A stretch of DNA of 64,000 nt from Octopus vulgaris (Eukaryota), in assembly GCA_951406725.2 (NCBI GenBank), contig OX597818.1, positions 22,506,001 to 22,570,000 on the forward strand. The letters run 5' to 3'. The translations under genes were made by a program, and so were the position numbers. Every line of letters starts with the position of its first letter. Within the stretch, counting starts at the first letter, position 1. Of this stretch, positions 40,576-52,619 are shown in pieces. The notes under the pieces were generated by a model. That model was given only the letters and a program-made list of their open reading frames with translations. It had not been told where the DNA came from and made no database searches.

Positions 40576-41454
40576 TAATAGTTAAACAAGCATTAATAAA
40601 CTTGGTAATGTGAGCATGATAATTTTAATAACTTTTGTAATTAAGACAGTACTCTTAATGAGGAGAGACAAACCTGCTTATTTTTTCCCTTTTACTTGTT
40701 TCAGTCATTTGACTATGGCCATGCTGGAGCACTGTCTTGAAGGGGTTTAGTCGAACAAATCGACTCTAGTGCTTATTTTAAGCCTGATACTTTTTCTAAG
40801 AGTATCTTTTTGCCGAACTGCTAAGTTACAGGACCTTAACTAAACAAACCAACACCGGTTGTCAAGCGATGCTAGATGACAAGCACAAAGACAGATACAT
40901 GCATACGTGCACACATATATACATGCGTGCGTACATAATACATACATACATACATACATACATACATACATACATACATACATACAAGCTACTAGACACT
41001 AGTGTAGTTAGAAAAATGCAAGAGAAGGCAGGTATCTATGGACTATTTATAAAGAGTTTGAAAATCCAGTTCCCAAGATTCACTTTCAGTTATTATTGGA
41101 GCATACAAATCAGTCTAGAGCAAAATATTGTTGAATTTGGGTTCTTGGGAGAGAATGTCATTCCTTAATTCATATGCTACAAATGATCACGATATCTGGG
41201 ATGATAAAAATTTGCAAGACCTTCTTAAGATTTAAAGGATGATGACTAAAACAGGACAGTTTCCTTCAAAACCTTGTTACCAAGTAGGTGGCTGGTCAAA
41301 ATTTACTCTAAATTAAAAAGAGAAAATGAACAACCAGCATCGGAATCAGTAGTTGACTTTACAATCCACTCCCAGTATCCAGCATTGTATGATGCAGGGC
41401 ACAAAACTTGGGATAGGCTAGAGTGCAGAGTAAATAAATAAAAATAAATGTGCC

Positions 41455-41695
41455 CTTTTAAAGCCTAGCCAGGCTCATGGGCCCGGTTTCCCGATTTTCA
41501 TAGCGTATGTGTTCACAAGCTGGATGGGACGCCAGTCCATCGCAGCGTTACTCATTTTTGCCAGCTGAGTTGACTGGAGCAATGTGAAATGAAGTGTTTT
41601 GCTCAAGAACGCAACGCGTCGACCGGTTCAGAAATGGAAACCACAATCTTACGATTATGATGCTGTCACCCTAACCACTAAGCCACGCGCCTCCA
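41455..41695 (-). mobile_element. tRNA-derived SINE family C
   Basis: Minus-strand head GGCGCGTGGCTTAGTGGTTAGGG and TTCTTGAGCAAAACACTTCATTTCAC. Homologous to 45935-46168. Confidence 0.8.
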
Positions 41696-41942
41696 CAGAG
41701 TGCAGAGTAAGATCATAATAATAAAGAAAAGTAATTAGCAGAAAACGTGTGGTATCCAAAGCTTTATAGGACATACACAGATTTTCATCAAAATCCCGAA
41801 AACATAATATATCAATGGTAGAAACATTATGCAGTCAAGCAAATCACCTCATCAGTATCCCGCCATACATACATACATACATACATACATACATACATAC
41901 ATACATACATACATACATACATACATACATACATACATAAAT

Positions 41943-42270
41943 AGGGGTAAAGACCCCCTTCGGTCATGAATGACCATGGGATTGCACCTAGAAAGTTACC
42001 CTCCTAGACACAAGTCCGGGCAAGGTTGTTTTATGGAAGACCAGCAGTCGACCATGCTTACCGGCCTCCCCTCTCCACGCCACCAGTGTTATCCAAGGGA
42101 AAGACAAAGGTCGATACAGCTTGGCACCAGTGACGTCGCAACTCATTTCTACTGCTGAGTGAACTGGAGCAACGTGAAATAAAGTGCCTTGCTCAAGAAC
42201 ACAACACGCAGCCCGGTCCGGGATTCGAGCTCACAACCTCACGACGCTCTAACCACTGAGCCATGCGCCT
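41943..42270 (-). mobile_element. tRNA-derived SINE family D
   Basis: Inverted copy of 42884-43213. Confidence 0.85.
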
Positions 42271-42287
42271 TCACATACATACATACA

Positions 42288-42319
<32 letters not shown>

Positions 42320-42789
42320 CGACAGACTTCTTACAGTTTCGTCTATCAAGGATTTTGTCAGCCCGGGGCTATAATGGAAGACACTTGCTCGAGGTGCCGC
42401 CCAGTGACACCAAACCCAAGACAAAATGGTTGGGAAACAAGCTTGAAAATATCTCAGAATAAATATATCTTTGAAAGTATTGTTGAAGCACTACAGCCTC
42501 AATACATAACATCGAAAATAGCTATTAGTAATATGAATTGTAAATATAATCTGATCTTTAGCAGACGCATTAACTCTGAACATGTTCCATTCTTATTAAA
42601 CATCATCAGCAAGACATGAATAAAACTGATTCGGTTAAGTAGGTAAAGCATTAGATAACTAACATCTAGTTTATGAATTCAGTATGACACATGTGTACCT
42701 CATCGTTTATTTTGTGCCTCATTGTTCTTGCTTAATTTTAGGTCAATCATGATTGAGCAGACACACACACACACACACACACACACACG

Positions 42790-42820
<31 letters not shown>

Positions 42821-42883
42821 GCGCGCGTACACACACACGCAGACATGCGCGCACGTACACGCACGCGCACACACACATGCATA

Positions 42884-43213
42884 CGCGTGGCTCAATGGTT
42901 AGAGCGTCGAACTTACGATCGTGAGGTTGTGAGCTCGAATCCCGGACCGGGCTGCGTGTTGTGTTCTTGAGCAAGACACTTTATTTCACGTTGCTCCAGT
43001 ACACTCAGCTGTAGAAATGAGTTGCGACGTCACAGGTGCCAAGCTGTATCGGCCCTTGCGTTTCCCTTGGACAACATCTGTGACGTGGAGAGGGGAGGCC
43101 GGTATGCATGGGCGACTGCTGGTCTTCCATAAAACAACCTTGCCCAGACTTGTGCCTCAGAGGGTAACTCTCTAGGTGCAAACCCATGGTCAGTGTCTGA
43201 CCGAAGGTGGTCA
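42884..43213 (+). mobile_element. tRNA-derived SINE family D
   Basis: A-box TGGCTCAATGG, B-box-like GAGCTCGAATCCC, CORE-like TTCTTGAGCAAGACACTTT and a structured 3' end. Confidence 0.85.
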
Positions 43214-43515
43214 CTAGTTAAATATATTCGATGAGAATATTATATACTGAATTTATATTGAGTGCTTTATTGTATCAAAGTATTAATACTATTAAAGTAT
43301 TTATGTATTTAATACAAGCGATTATATATATTTTTTATTATATATTATTATTAATATCAGGAAATCAATATTAGAAAATTCTTCAGAAAGATATATACGT
43401 GTGTAAAATAATTGTTGTATTAAAAATATAAATATATATAAATATATGTAAATATGTATAATATAAATATATAATATATATGACAGTTTAAAAGTTTTGA
43501 ATTAAGTTTTTAAAG

Positions 43516-43607
43516 CATCTTACGATCGTTTCGCAGAAGTGCTGTCCCTATAATGGAATCCTCTATTGATAAGCATTTATAGACAACTCTTCTGCTCTTC
43601 AGAGATA
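43516..43607 (-). ncRNA. Type I hammerhead ribozyme, fully canonical
   Basis: Minus strand reads UAUCU-CUGAAGA-GCAGAAG[aGUUGUC..GACAGCa]CUUCUGC-GAAA-CGAUCG-UA-AGAUG: 5-bp stem I, 7-bp plus extended stem II, palindromic stem III ACGAUCGU, predicted cleavage 3' of the A at 43521. Confidence 0.85.
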
Positions 43608-44639
43608 TAAAATTTGAATTTTGTATAACATATTGAATGGTAGTTTCTTAAAAATATGAAGTAATACTATAAAATGGCGTTTGTTTGAAATATAAATGTA
43701 AAATTACTGCTTTTAATTTTGGTAAGTACACTTTAGTATGAGAATCTTTAAATCCATATATGCTTCCTTGGTAAGTCTTCTGTAATAATCCATAATAGTT
43801 ATGCGTAAAATCCATTATATTGTCCTGTATTTCAAATATAGTTCATAGACTTTGATAATATAGAATAGGTGATGGTGTCAAGAACCTTACAATAGGTTCT
43901 TAACACCACCGTTCTCTCAGAAAAAATTTTGCAACCACTGTTTGGGGGCCACTATTTTCCACTCCAAAACAGTATTTTTTGTTGCCATATTGACGAAAAA
44001 TAAATAAAATGTAAAATGTTCAAGACAAGAGTTCAAAAATTCAAATTCAAACACAAAAAAGAATGGAAAGACAGAGGAGAGAAACTGAACGAAGGAAGAC
44101 AGTTCAAATGGCAACGCAATTCTGCTACTCAGGTAATCCACCGTGTTCCGTCGCAGCACAAAATTTCGATTTTGGTTTCTCACAATTAAGTGAGACACAA
44201 AAAACAGTAATTTTCCTGGCCGTCCCAGTACTCCCGGCCGAAATGGTAATCCATAGGCACAAAAACAGTCAGAAGCACCAGTCAAAAATAGCAGTTAAAA
44301 CAACACAATTTTCAGGAGGGACTCACCTCCCAAAACAAACCTCTCACAACCAAGTGAGACCTTAAGCACGGCCACTGGCAGACAAATGCATGGAACCCAG
44401 TGGAGACCTCTTGTTCGAAAAAAATAAGTAATACGAGCAACAGACCCCAAATAAATCCCAAAAGAAAAGATGTCTTACCTGGTAGTCGTACTTCACTATT
44501 TCACGACGTTGACACAACGACGTGACTTCCACCGCGAAAAAAAAAACGCGTCCATTCTGTACTGAAGTAAGCAAGCTACTTACCACACAGCCACTCCTGC
44601 ACCTATATATATGTGTGTGTGTGTGTATATATAAATATA

Positions 44640-44662
44640 TGATAATAATGATGATGATGATG

Positions 44663-44756
<94 letters not shown>

Positions 44757-44892
44757 TAAAGATAATGGTTCCAAACTTTGCCACAAGAGCAGTCATTTGG
44801 GGGGAGGAGGTGTGTCGATTACATCTATCCCAGTGATCAACTGGTACTTAATTAATAAAGCTCGCTGCTTTAACATTAACGGGTTCTGGAGA

Positions 44893-44962
<70 letters not shown>
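44640..44962. repeat. (TAA)n microsatellite arrays flanking a family B SINE fragment
   Basis: Direct inspection. Confidence 0.9.
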
Positions 44963-45361
44963 TAGTATCTCAGTCTACATTTACTCTACATTGACACATT
45001 ATGCCCTTTTGGAATCAGGATGATCCCGTCATTGAAAATCTGCTCTTCATTTGGTTCTTGAACATTCAGTATTGAGATCTGGTTTAAAAGCATTTGGGTT
45101 GCTACTTCTAGCAGGTAAAGCTTGGCTGATTCACGCTTTCTTCGTTTGCCAGATGACGTCAGAGATCAAGGGGTGTAGATAGACAGCCGACAACTGATGA
45201 AGGGTTATTCTTTGTATCACTTATCCTTTTCTTCCCTCATTATTTGCGTATTTAACTCATTTGTTTTCGTATTTCATGTTGTTTACTGTTGGTGGCGTCC
45301 TGTGCCCATATATGCATATATTATATATAAACACACACACACACACACATATGTATATATA

Positions 45362-45613
45362 CAGGGTAGGCCAAAAGTCACCCAACAGTAAATCAAAACC
45401 ATTTAATTTCAAGATTTATTTATGTTTAACAACTGAATGAATTTAATAAAAGCAACTAAATATGAAACATCATGAAAATTGTTCAAACTGAAGTACTTCT
45501 TGAGCGACACATTTTTTCCATCCGAGTCAATACAGAATTACAGATGGTATTTATGGAATTTTGATTTACTGTCAGGTGAATCAAAGACACCATCCGGTCT
45601 CCTTTTCCAACAT
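45362..45613 (-). mobile_element. 3' end of a Tc1/mariner-superfamily element (TIR plus transposase C-terminal remnant)
   Basis: TA|CAGGGTAGGCCAAAAGTCACC terminus. The minus-strand peptide ...INTICNSVLTRMEK... followed by a frameshifted QFEQF resembles Tc1/maT/rosa C-termini. Confidence 0.5.
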
Positions 45614-45631
45614 GGTGTATCCAGCCAAGAC

Positions 45632-45858
45632 GGCGAGCTGGCAGAAACGTTAGCACGCCGGGCGAAATGCTTAGCGGTATTTCGTCTGTGTTACGTTGTG
45701 AGTTCAAATTCCGCCGAGGTCGACTTTGCCTTTCATCCTTTCGGGATCGATAAATTAAGTACCAGTTACGCACTGGGGTCGCTGTAATCGACTTAATACC
45801 TATGTCTGTCCTTGTTTGTCCCCTCTGTGTTTAGCCCCTTGTGGGTAATAAAGAAATA
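45632..45858 (+). mobile_element. Young SINE family B with an 18-bp TSD
   Basis: GGTGTATCCAGCCAAGAC is duplicated at 45614-45631 and 45859-45876. Confidence 0.9.
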
Positions 45859-45934
45859 GGTGTATCCAGCCAAGACATTATCTATCTATTGTGTCCCCAA
45901 ACTGTGAAAGAAAAAGGGTCAAAAGTGGTTCTTC

Positions 45935-46168
45935 CAGAACCCTGTACCCATTGGGGACAATTTCCCGGATTCTGTGGTGTATGTATTCCCCACCTGGATG
46001 GGACGTTGATCCGTCGCAGGATTTCTCATTTTAGGTAGCTGGGTGGACTGGAACAACGTGAAGTGAAGTGTTTTGCTTAAGAACACATCACATCGCCCGG
46101 TCAGGAATTGAAATTGTAATCTTACGATCATGAGTGCAAACACCCTAACCACCAAGCCACGCACCTGC
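45935..46168 (-). mobile_element. SINE family C
   Basis: Homologous to 41455-41695. Confidence 0.75.
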
Positions 46169-46762
46169 ACAACTTTAAAGCAGTAAAGCACGATTTGAAG
46201 GAATTTGGCTTCTGTTTGTAACAAATCGAGTGATTATGAATGGTCTCTCTTGTTGAGTCGTCTTTACTGAGTCGTCTTTACTGTTGAGTCGTCTTTACTT
46301 GAGTCGTCTTTACTATTTGGGTGCGGGGTGCGAAGCGGGTGGGAGATTTTATCTGCACTCAGATGTCAAAAATGTGTACCACTCATCGCAACAGTTTTGC
46401 TGGCCTGTTTCCTGTGTCGGGCTGGGGACCTATCCAGGGATGAATTTACCTCACACCCGCTTCACGCTATGAACCCCCTACTGAGGACTGGGCCTCAAAA
46501 GAAAGATATGGTGTGTGTGTGTGTGTGTCTGTGTGTGCGGTGGGATGGGGGGGGGCGGTTATCGTTCAGGGGTTTAGGGATCATTTAGATTATTAGAAAT
46601 AACGATCAAAGAGAAAATTAAGATAAAAGAGGGGAATTTGATAGAGAGGGAGAGAAAGAGAAAACAGAAGGAAAGAAAAAGTGTACGCGCGTGTGTGTAT
46701 GTCTGTGAATGTATTTATGTATATACATATTATGTGTGCGTTTTTCTTGCTCCATATCCTGG

Positions 46763-46821
<59 letters not shown>

Positions 46822-47417
46822 TGTGTGTGTGTGTATGTATCAATATATATGTATATATAAATTGTGTGTATATATCTATATACATATGTGTGTGTGCGTG
46901 CGCTTATGTGTGAATGTGTGTGAAAAGGGAAAGCGATGAAAGAGAAAAATAGAAAGATAGAGGGGAGAGGAAGAGAAAGAGAAAGAGAGAGAGAGAGGGA
47001 TAAGGTGAAAGGTAGAGAGAGAAGGATAGAGAGGAAAGAAAGGAGAAAGACAGCAATAGGTTCAAATAGAGATGATGAACGTGGAGCGCAGCAATTGGAA
47101 TAAAAGGGAGTGGGAGAGTAAAAGGTTAGAAGAGGCGGAACGGGAAGAGAAAGAGGAAAAGAGAGCGAGTAAAAGAGAAGAGTGAGTTAATACCCCGTGT
47201 GACTTGAAGGATGATCAAAGAAAAAGAGAAAGAGAAACAGAGCGAGAGTGAGAGTGAGAAAGAAAGAAAGAAATGAGAGAAAGATAAATGAAGTAATGGG
47301 TGTGAATCTCAGTTCTCAAGGTTCGTGAGAAATGACGGTAAAGCGAGCGGGAAGAGCAGAGATTGGAGAAGAAAAGAAGGAAGTTTAAGTAGAAAGTGAA
47401 AGAACAGAGGAAAAGAG

Positions 47418-47439
<22 letters not shown>

Positions 47440-47467
<28 letters not shown>

Positions 47468-47653
47468 GAGAGAAAAGGTGAGGGATGGAGAGAGTAAGAG
47501 GGCGACAGAGAAAGACAGGCGGGGAGAAACAGATACACAGACAGAATGAGAGAGAGAGAGAGAGGGAGAGAAAGAGGAGAGAAAAGGTGAGGGATGGAGA
47601 GAGCAAGAGGGCGACAGAGAAAGACAGGCGGGGCGAAACAGATACACAGACAG

Positions 47654-47732
<79 letters not shown>

Positions 47733-47921
47733 GAGAGGAGAGAAAAGGTGAGGGATGGAGAGAGCAAGAGGGCGACAGAGAAAGACAGGCGGGGAGAAAT
47801 AGATACACAGACAGAATGAGAGAGAGAGGGAAAGAGAGAGAGAGGAGAGAAAAGGTGAGGGATGGAGAGAGCAAGAGAGCGACAGAGAAAGACAGGCGGG
47901 GAGAAACAGATACACAGACAG

Positions 47922-47958
<37 letters not shown>
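47440..47958. repeat. Compound minisatellite: 4 copies of an ~85-bp purine-rich unit separated by variable (GA)n
   Basis: The unit GGAGAGAAAAGGTGAGGGATGGAGAGAG(C/T)AAGAG(G/A)GCGACAGAGAAAGACAGGCGGGG...GATACACAGACAGAATGA occurs 4 times. Confidence 0.95.
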
Positions 47959-47961
<3 letters not shown>

Positions 47962-48397
47962 TAGTAAAGTTAGAGAGCGAACGAAAGAGAGAGTGGTGAA
48001 AAAAAAGAGAGTGGAAAGAGAACGAAAATAAAGAAATAGTAAGAAAATTAATGAAAGCAATCAGAAAATTAGAAAGTGGAAGATAGAAGAGGAAGTTGAA
48101 GAGTAAAGGCTGAGGGAGAGGGAGAGAGAGTATAGATAAAGAAGGAGAGACTAAAGGTAAATAGACTGAGAAAAAGAATGGAAAATGGCGGGAGGAGAGA
48201 TGTAAAAAAAGACTAGAAACAAAAGGAGATAGGCGGAGGGAGAGAAAGGAAACAGACTAGAAAAGGCGTAAGAGCGGAATGAGAGAAAGAAAATGAGAAA
48301 AAAAGAGGAGAAAACCATGTTTGTGTGTATGTGTGGGTGATAGAGAGGGAGTGAGAGAGAGGGAGTGAGAGAGAGGGAGTGAGAGAGAGGGTAGAGA

Positions 48398-48443
<46 letters not shown>

Positions 48444-48549
48444 ATAGATAGGGATAAAAGACTGATAAGAAAAAATAATAGAACAATTAGAGAGATCCCT
48501 AAAGTTAGAAGTTGAGCAGGAATAAGTTGGGAGAGAGAGAATTATGCTT

Positions 48550-48614
<65 letters not shown>

Positions 48615-49346
48615 AGGGGAATACAGACAAACACGAAAAGGAAGAGATAGAGGAAAGGAGGAGGGAGCTAATAAGATGAAGAGAAAGAAAGATTGGAGAG
48701 AAAGGAGGTGATATGCTGAAGAAGAGGGTAGAAGAAAGACACTGGAAAAGTGGAAAGGGGAAGACAACTGTAGAAATTTAAAAAAGGATCGAAATAGAAG
48801 GAAAAGGGTAGGATAGAAAGAGAGAAAGGAGGGAGAGAGAGAAAGAGAGAGGGAAGGGGAGAGAGAGACAGAGAGAGTGGGACAACTGAAAGAGGAAATA
48901 ACTATGGAAAATACAATGGGAATGAAACAGAGAGCGGGGTAAAGAAAGTGAAAGAGAAAAAGAGAAAGAAGGCTTGAAAAAACAAGAAGAAGAAGAGAGA
49001 TATAGGATAGACAGTAATGAGAAAGTTAAAAAAGAGAGAGGGATGATAAGGAGATGAAAAAATGGGGTGAAAAACCGAATAATAGAAGGATTTTCTCGAA
49101 GAAAAGTAAATGAAAACGAGGGAAAGAAAGGGAATAATAAAAAAAATAGTAATGACAAAGAAAGTCAGACGATAAAAAAAGTGTGATGTTGGCGGTGAAG
49201 CTCATGATCACAAAATGAAAGAGAAGAGGAGAAACGAGGTAGAAATAAAAAAAAAAAAAAAAGATAGGTAAGAAGTAGGGAAAGATGAAGGGAAAGAGTT
49301 TGACGAAAGAAAAGAAGAATGAGAATAAATGCATTAAAATATTTGT

Positions 49347-49404
<58 letters not shown>

Positions 49405-49433
49405 GATAGATAGATAGATAGAAAGATAGATAT

Positions 49434-49485
<52 letters not shown>

Positions 49486-49767
49486 CTAGATAGATAGATA
49501 GATAAACAAAAATGACAATAAATAGAATATAAGACGTGGAGTTGGTGGGGGGGACGAAATTATTTGCGTTCTTATCTGTTTTTCCTACTCTCCTTCTGTC
49601 TATTATCGTTTCTTTACCTTTTCTGTTAACCTTATTTCTACGGCTTTATTTTATTATATCTGTTTGTTTATTACTTACTAAATATTTTCCTTGCTTTTTT
49701 TTTCATTTTCTACATTCTGCTTTTCCTTTTTTTTCTTTCATCATATTAATGTCGTTATTCACTTTCT

Positions 49768-49867
<100 letters not shown>

Positions 49868-50579
49868 ATATATCTATCTATCACAATACTATGGCGGCCA
49901 CTGCTCCTTTAAAACTAACTAGATGCATACCACCTCCCGCCTAAGCACATCCAGTAGTATATCTTTGTTTCTCTTTCTTTTTTCTTGTCCCTGCTGTGTT
50001 CCTTTCACTCACCAGACCCTTTACTCAGCTTTTTGCACTAATCTTTCCTTCAAAGAAGGGCCCCTCCCTTTGCAGAGATTTCCCTACAACCCATATTTTT
50101 CCTATAGGCATTGATGTACAGAAGTTCAAACTGAAGCTCAACTCTATCGACATTGTCGATCTAGGGGTATCTCGCAAAGGTCATGGATCTTACTCCACCC
50201 CGTCTTCCGATTAATTAATAAATAAAAATATATATGTACTAGTCTCTCCCCCCCTCTCTTTCGCTCTCTCTCTCTCTTTCTCTTTTTTTATGTATGTGTT
50301 TGGGAGTAAGTATATGTATTCATGTATGTTTGTATTTATGTGTACATTTGTATAACTATATATATATATATATATATATATGTGAATACTTATTTATATG
50401 TTAGTACGTGTACTATGTGTATTTGTGTAAAACCCATGTATATCACACACACCCACCCACACACACACACACACACAACACATATATATATAACATTAGC
50501 TATAACCATCACGCGCACGCACGCACACTCACGCTCACGCACACACACTAATACTCGCACACGTATATTTATATGTATA

Positions 50580-51110
<531 letters not shown>

Positions 51111-51389
51111 GAAATAAACAATAAAAGATATATAACACATGCGTGCGTAGTACATTCATGATACACACATACATACATACAAACATACATACATACATAC
51201 ATACATACATACATACATACATACATACATACATACATACATACATACAACATTAGAAACGCTCGTTCCACCGTTATTCGATGTATTACGTAGGCACACA
51301 CAAAAGGGTATGTAATTGTGATGTCGCAAATGATTTTGTCAGCAGGATCACTAATACATACCTCGTGTGCGTGTTCTCTTCCGTTTTTA

Positions 51390-52616
51390 TTAGGTTGTCC
51401 AGAAAGTTCTGAGCGTTTTTAAGCTAAGTCTTTTAACGCTTCATTGAACACACCAGAAACGTACAGTTAAAACAATGGCGTTGCTTGAAGTGATAGTGCA
51501 TCTCTTCTTTGTTCCTGACTAAAAATAGATTTATCTTTCACTCTGGTTACCTCTTATTGACTAAGCAAAAATTTCATATTCGCCTTGTAATGCTTTTCCT
51601 TTTTTAAAAAAAGAGAAAATGCTGCAAAGACCTACAAAAGCACTTGTGAAGCTTATGAGGATGATGTAAGTGAATCAACTGTTCGAAGGTGGTTTGCAAA
51701 ATTTAAAGCTGGAGAGTTTAGCTTGGAAGATAACAGTCACAGTGGAAGACCTTCAAAATTGGATGAAGATATTTTGAAGGCTAAAATCAAAGAAAACTCA
51801 AATATCATGACTAGAGAACTTGTAGAGGAGTTGGAAGTTTCTTAAAGTACGGCTCATTAACACCTAGTGAATCTAGAATATATTTTCTGCTATAATATAT
51901 GGGTCCCTCACAAACTCTCAGAAAAGAATTGCTTTGAAACGGAATGAAAGCATGCCTTTTTTTAAACAACTTGTGACTGGAGATGAAAAATGGATTGTGT
52001 ACGAAATCGTAGTGCGAAAAAGATCCTGGAGTTTGTGTACGGATCCCCCAAAACAGCATGTAAAAAAATCTATGCTTTGTGTTTGGTGGAATCATAAAGA
52101 CATTATGTATTATGAGCTTATCCCATAAAACCAGACCATTAATTATGATGTGTACTGTCTTCAGCTGGCTAGTTTGAACCCCCCAAAAAAAAATCAAAGA
52201 ATTGAGGCCGGAGATTACCAACAGGAAAGGGGTAGTGTTCCAACAAGGCAATGCCCGACCACATGTATCTTTGGCTACCCGAACAAAGTTGCATGAACTT
52301 GGCTGGAATCTCTTATCCCATCCACCATATTCTCCTGACATTGCGTCATCCGACTACCACTTGATTTTGTCTCCACAGAACTCATTTAACGATTACATTT
52401 AACGATTTAAATGGAGTCAAAATGCTTCTAGATAACATTTTTTTTTCTAAACCAGTCAAATTTAATGCTGATGGAATATTTGAATTGCCTGATAGATAGG
52501 CGAAGGTCATTAATAATAATGGAAATTATTTCATTGAATAAAATTTATTGATAAGTCAATTATTTATATCCCATTTTGCATATTAAAAGACACTCTGAAC
52601 TTTCCGGACAGCCTAA
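51390..52616 (+). mobile_element. Full-length, inactive mariner transposon (DD34D-type transposase pseudogene)
   Basis: TIRs TTAGGTTGTCCAGAAAGTTC / GAACTTTCCGGACAGCCTAA with TA on both flanks. Motifs TVRRWFAKFK, SGRP, WVPHKL, LVTGDEKW, QGNARPH and HPPYSPDIASSDYHL are split by stops and frameshifts. Confidence 0.95.
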
Positions 52617-52619
52617 TAA

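Noticed and set aside
42884-42950. tRNA-like sequences at SINE heads (also 24322, 40196)
   Set aside because: They have A/B boxes but no complete cloverleaf, and they run directly into SINE bodies, so they are not tRNA genes.
45192-45215. CAACTGATGAAGG motif (also at ~15377)
   Set aside because: It has the 5' hammerhead core only, with no downstream stem II/GAAA/cleavage triplet in register.
47440-47958. Repeat-spacer pattern resembling a CRISPR array
   Set aside because: The context is eukaryotic, the spacers are simple (GA)n and no cas genes are present.
51390-52616. Mariner as an active or domesticated transposase gene
   Set aside because: Multiple stops and frameshifts, and the second catalytic Asp reads Gly (QGNARPH).
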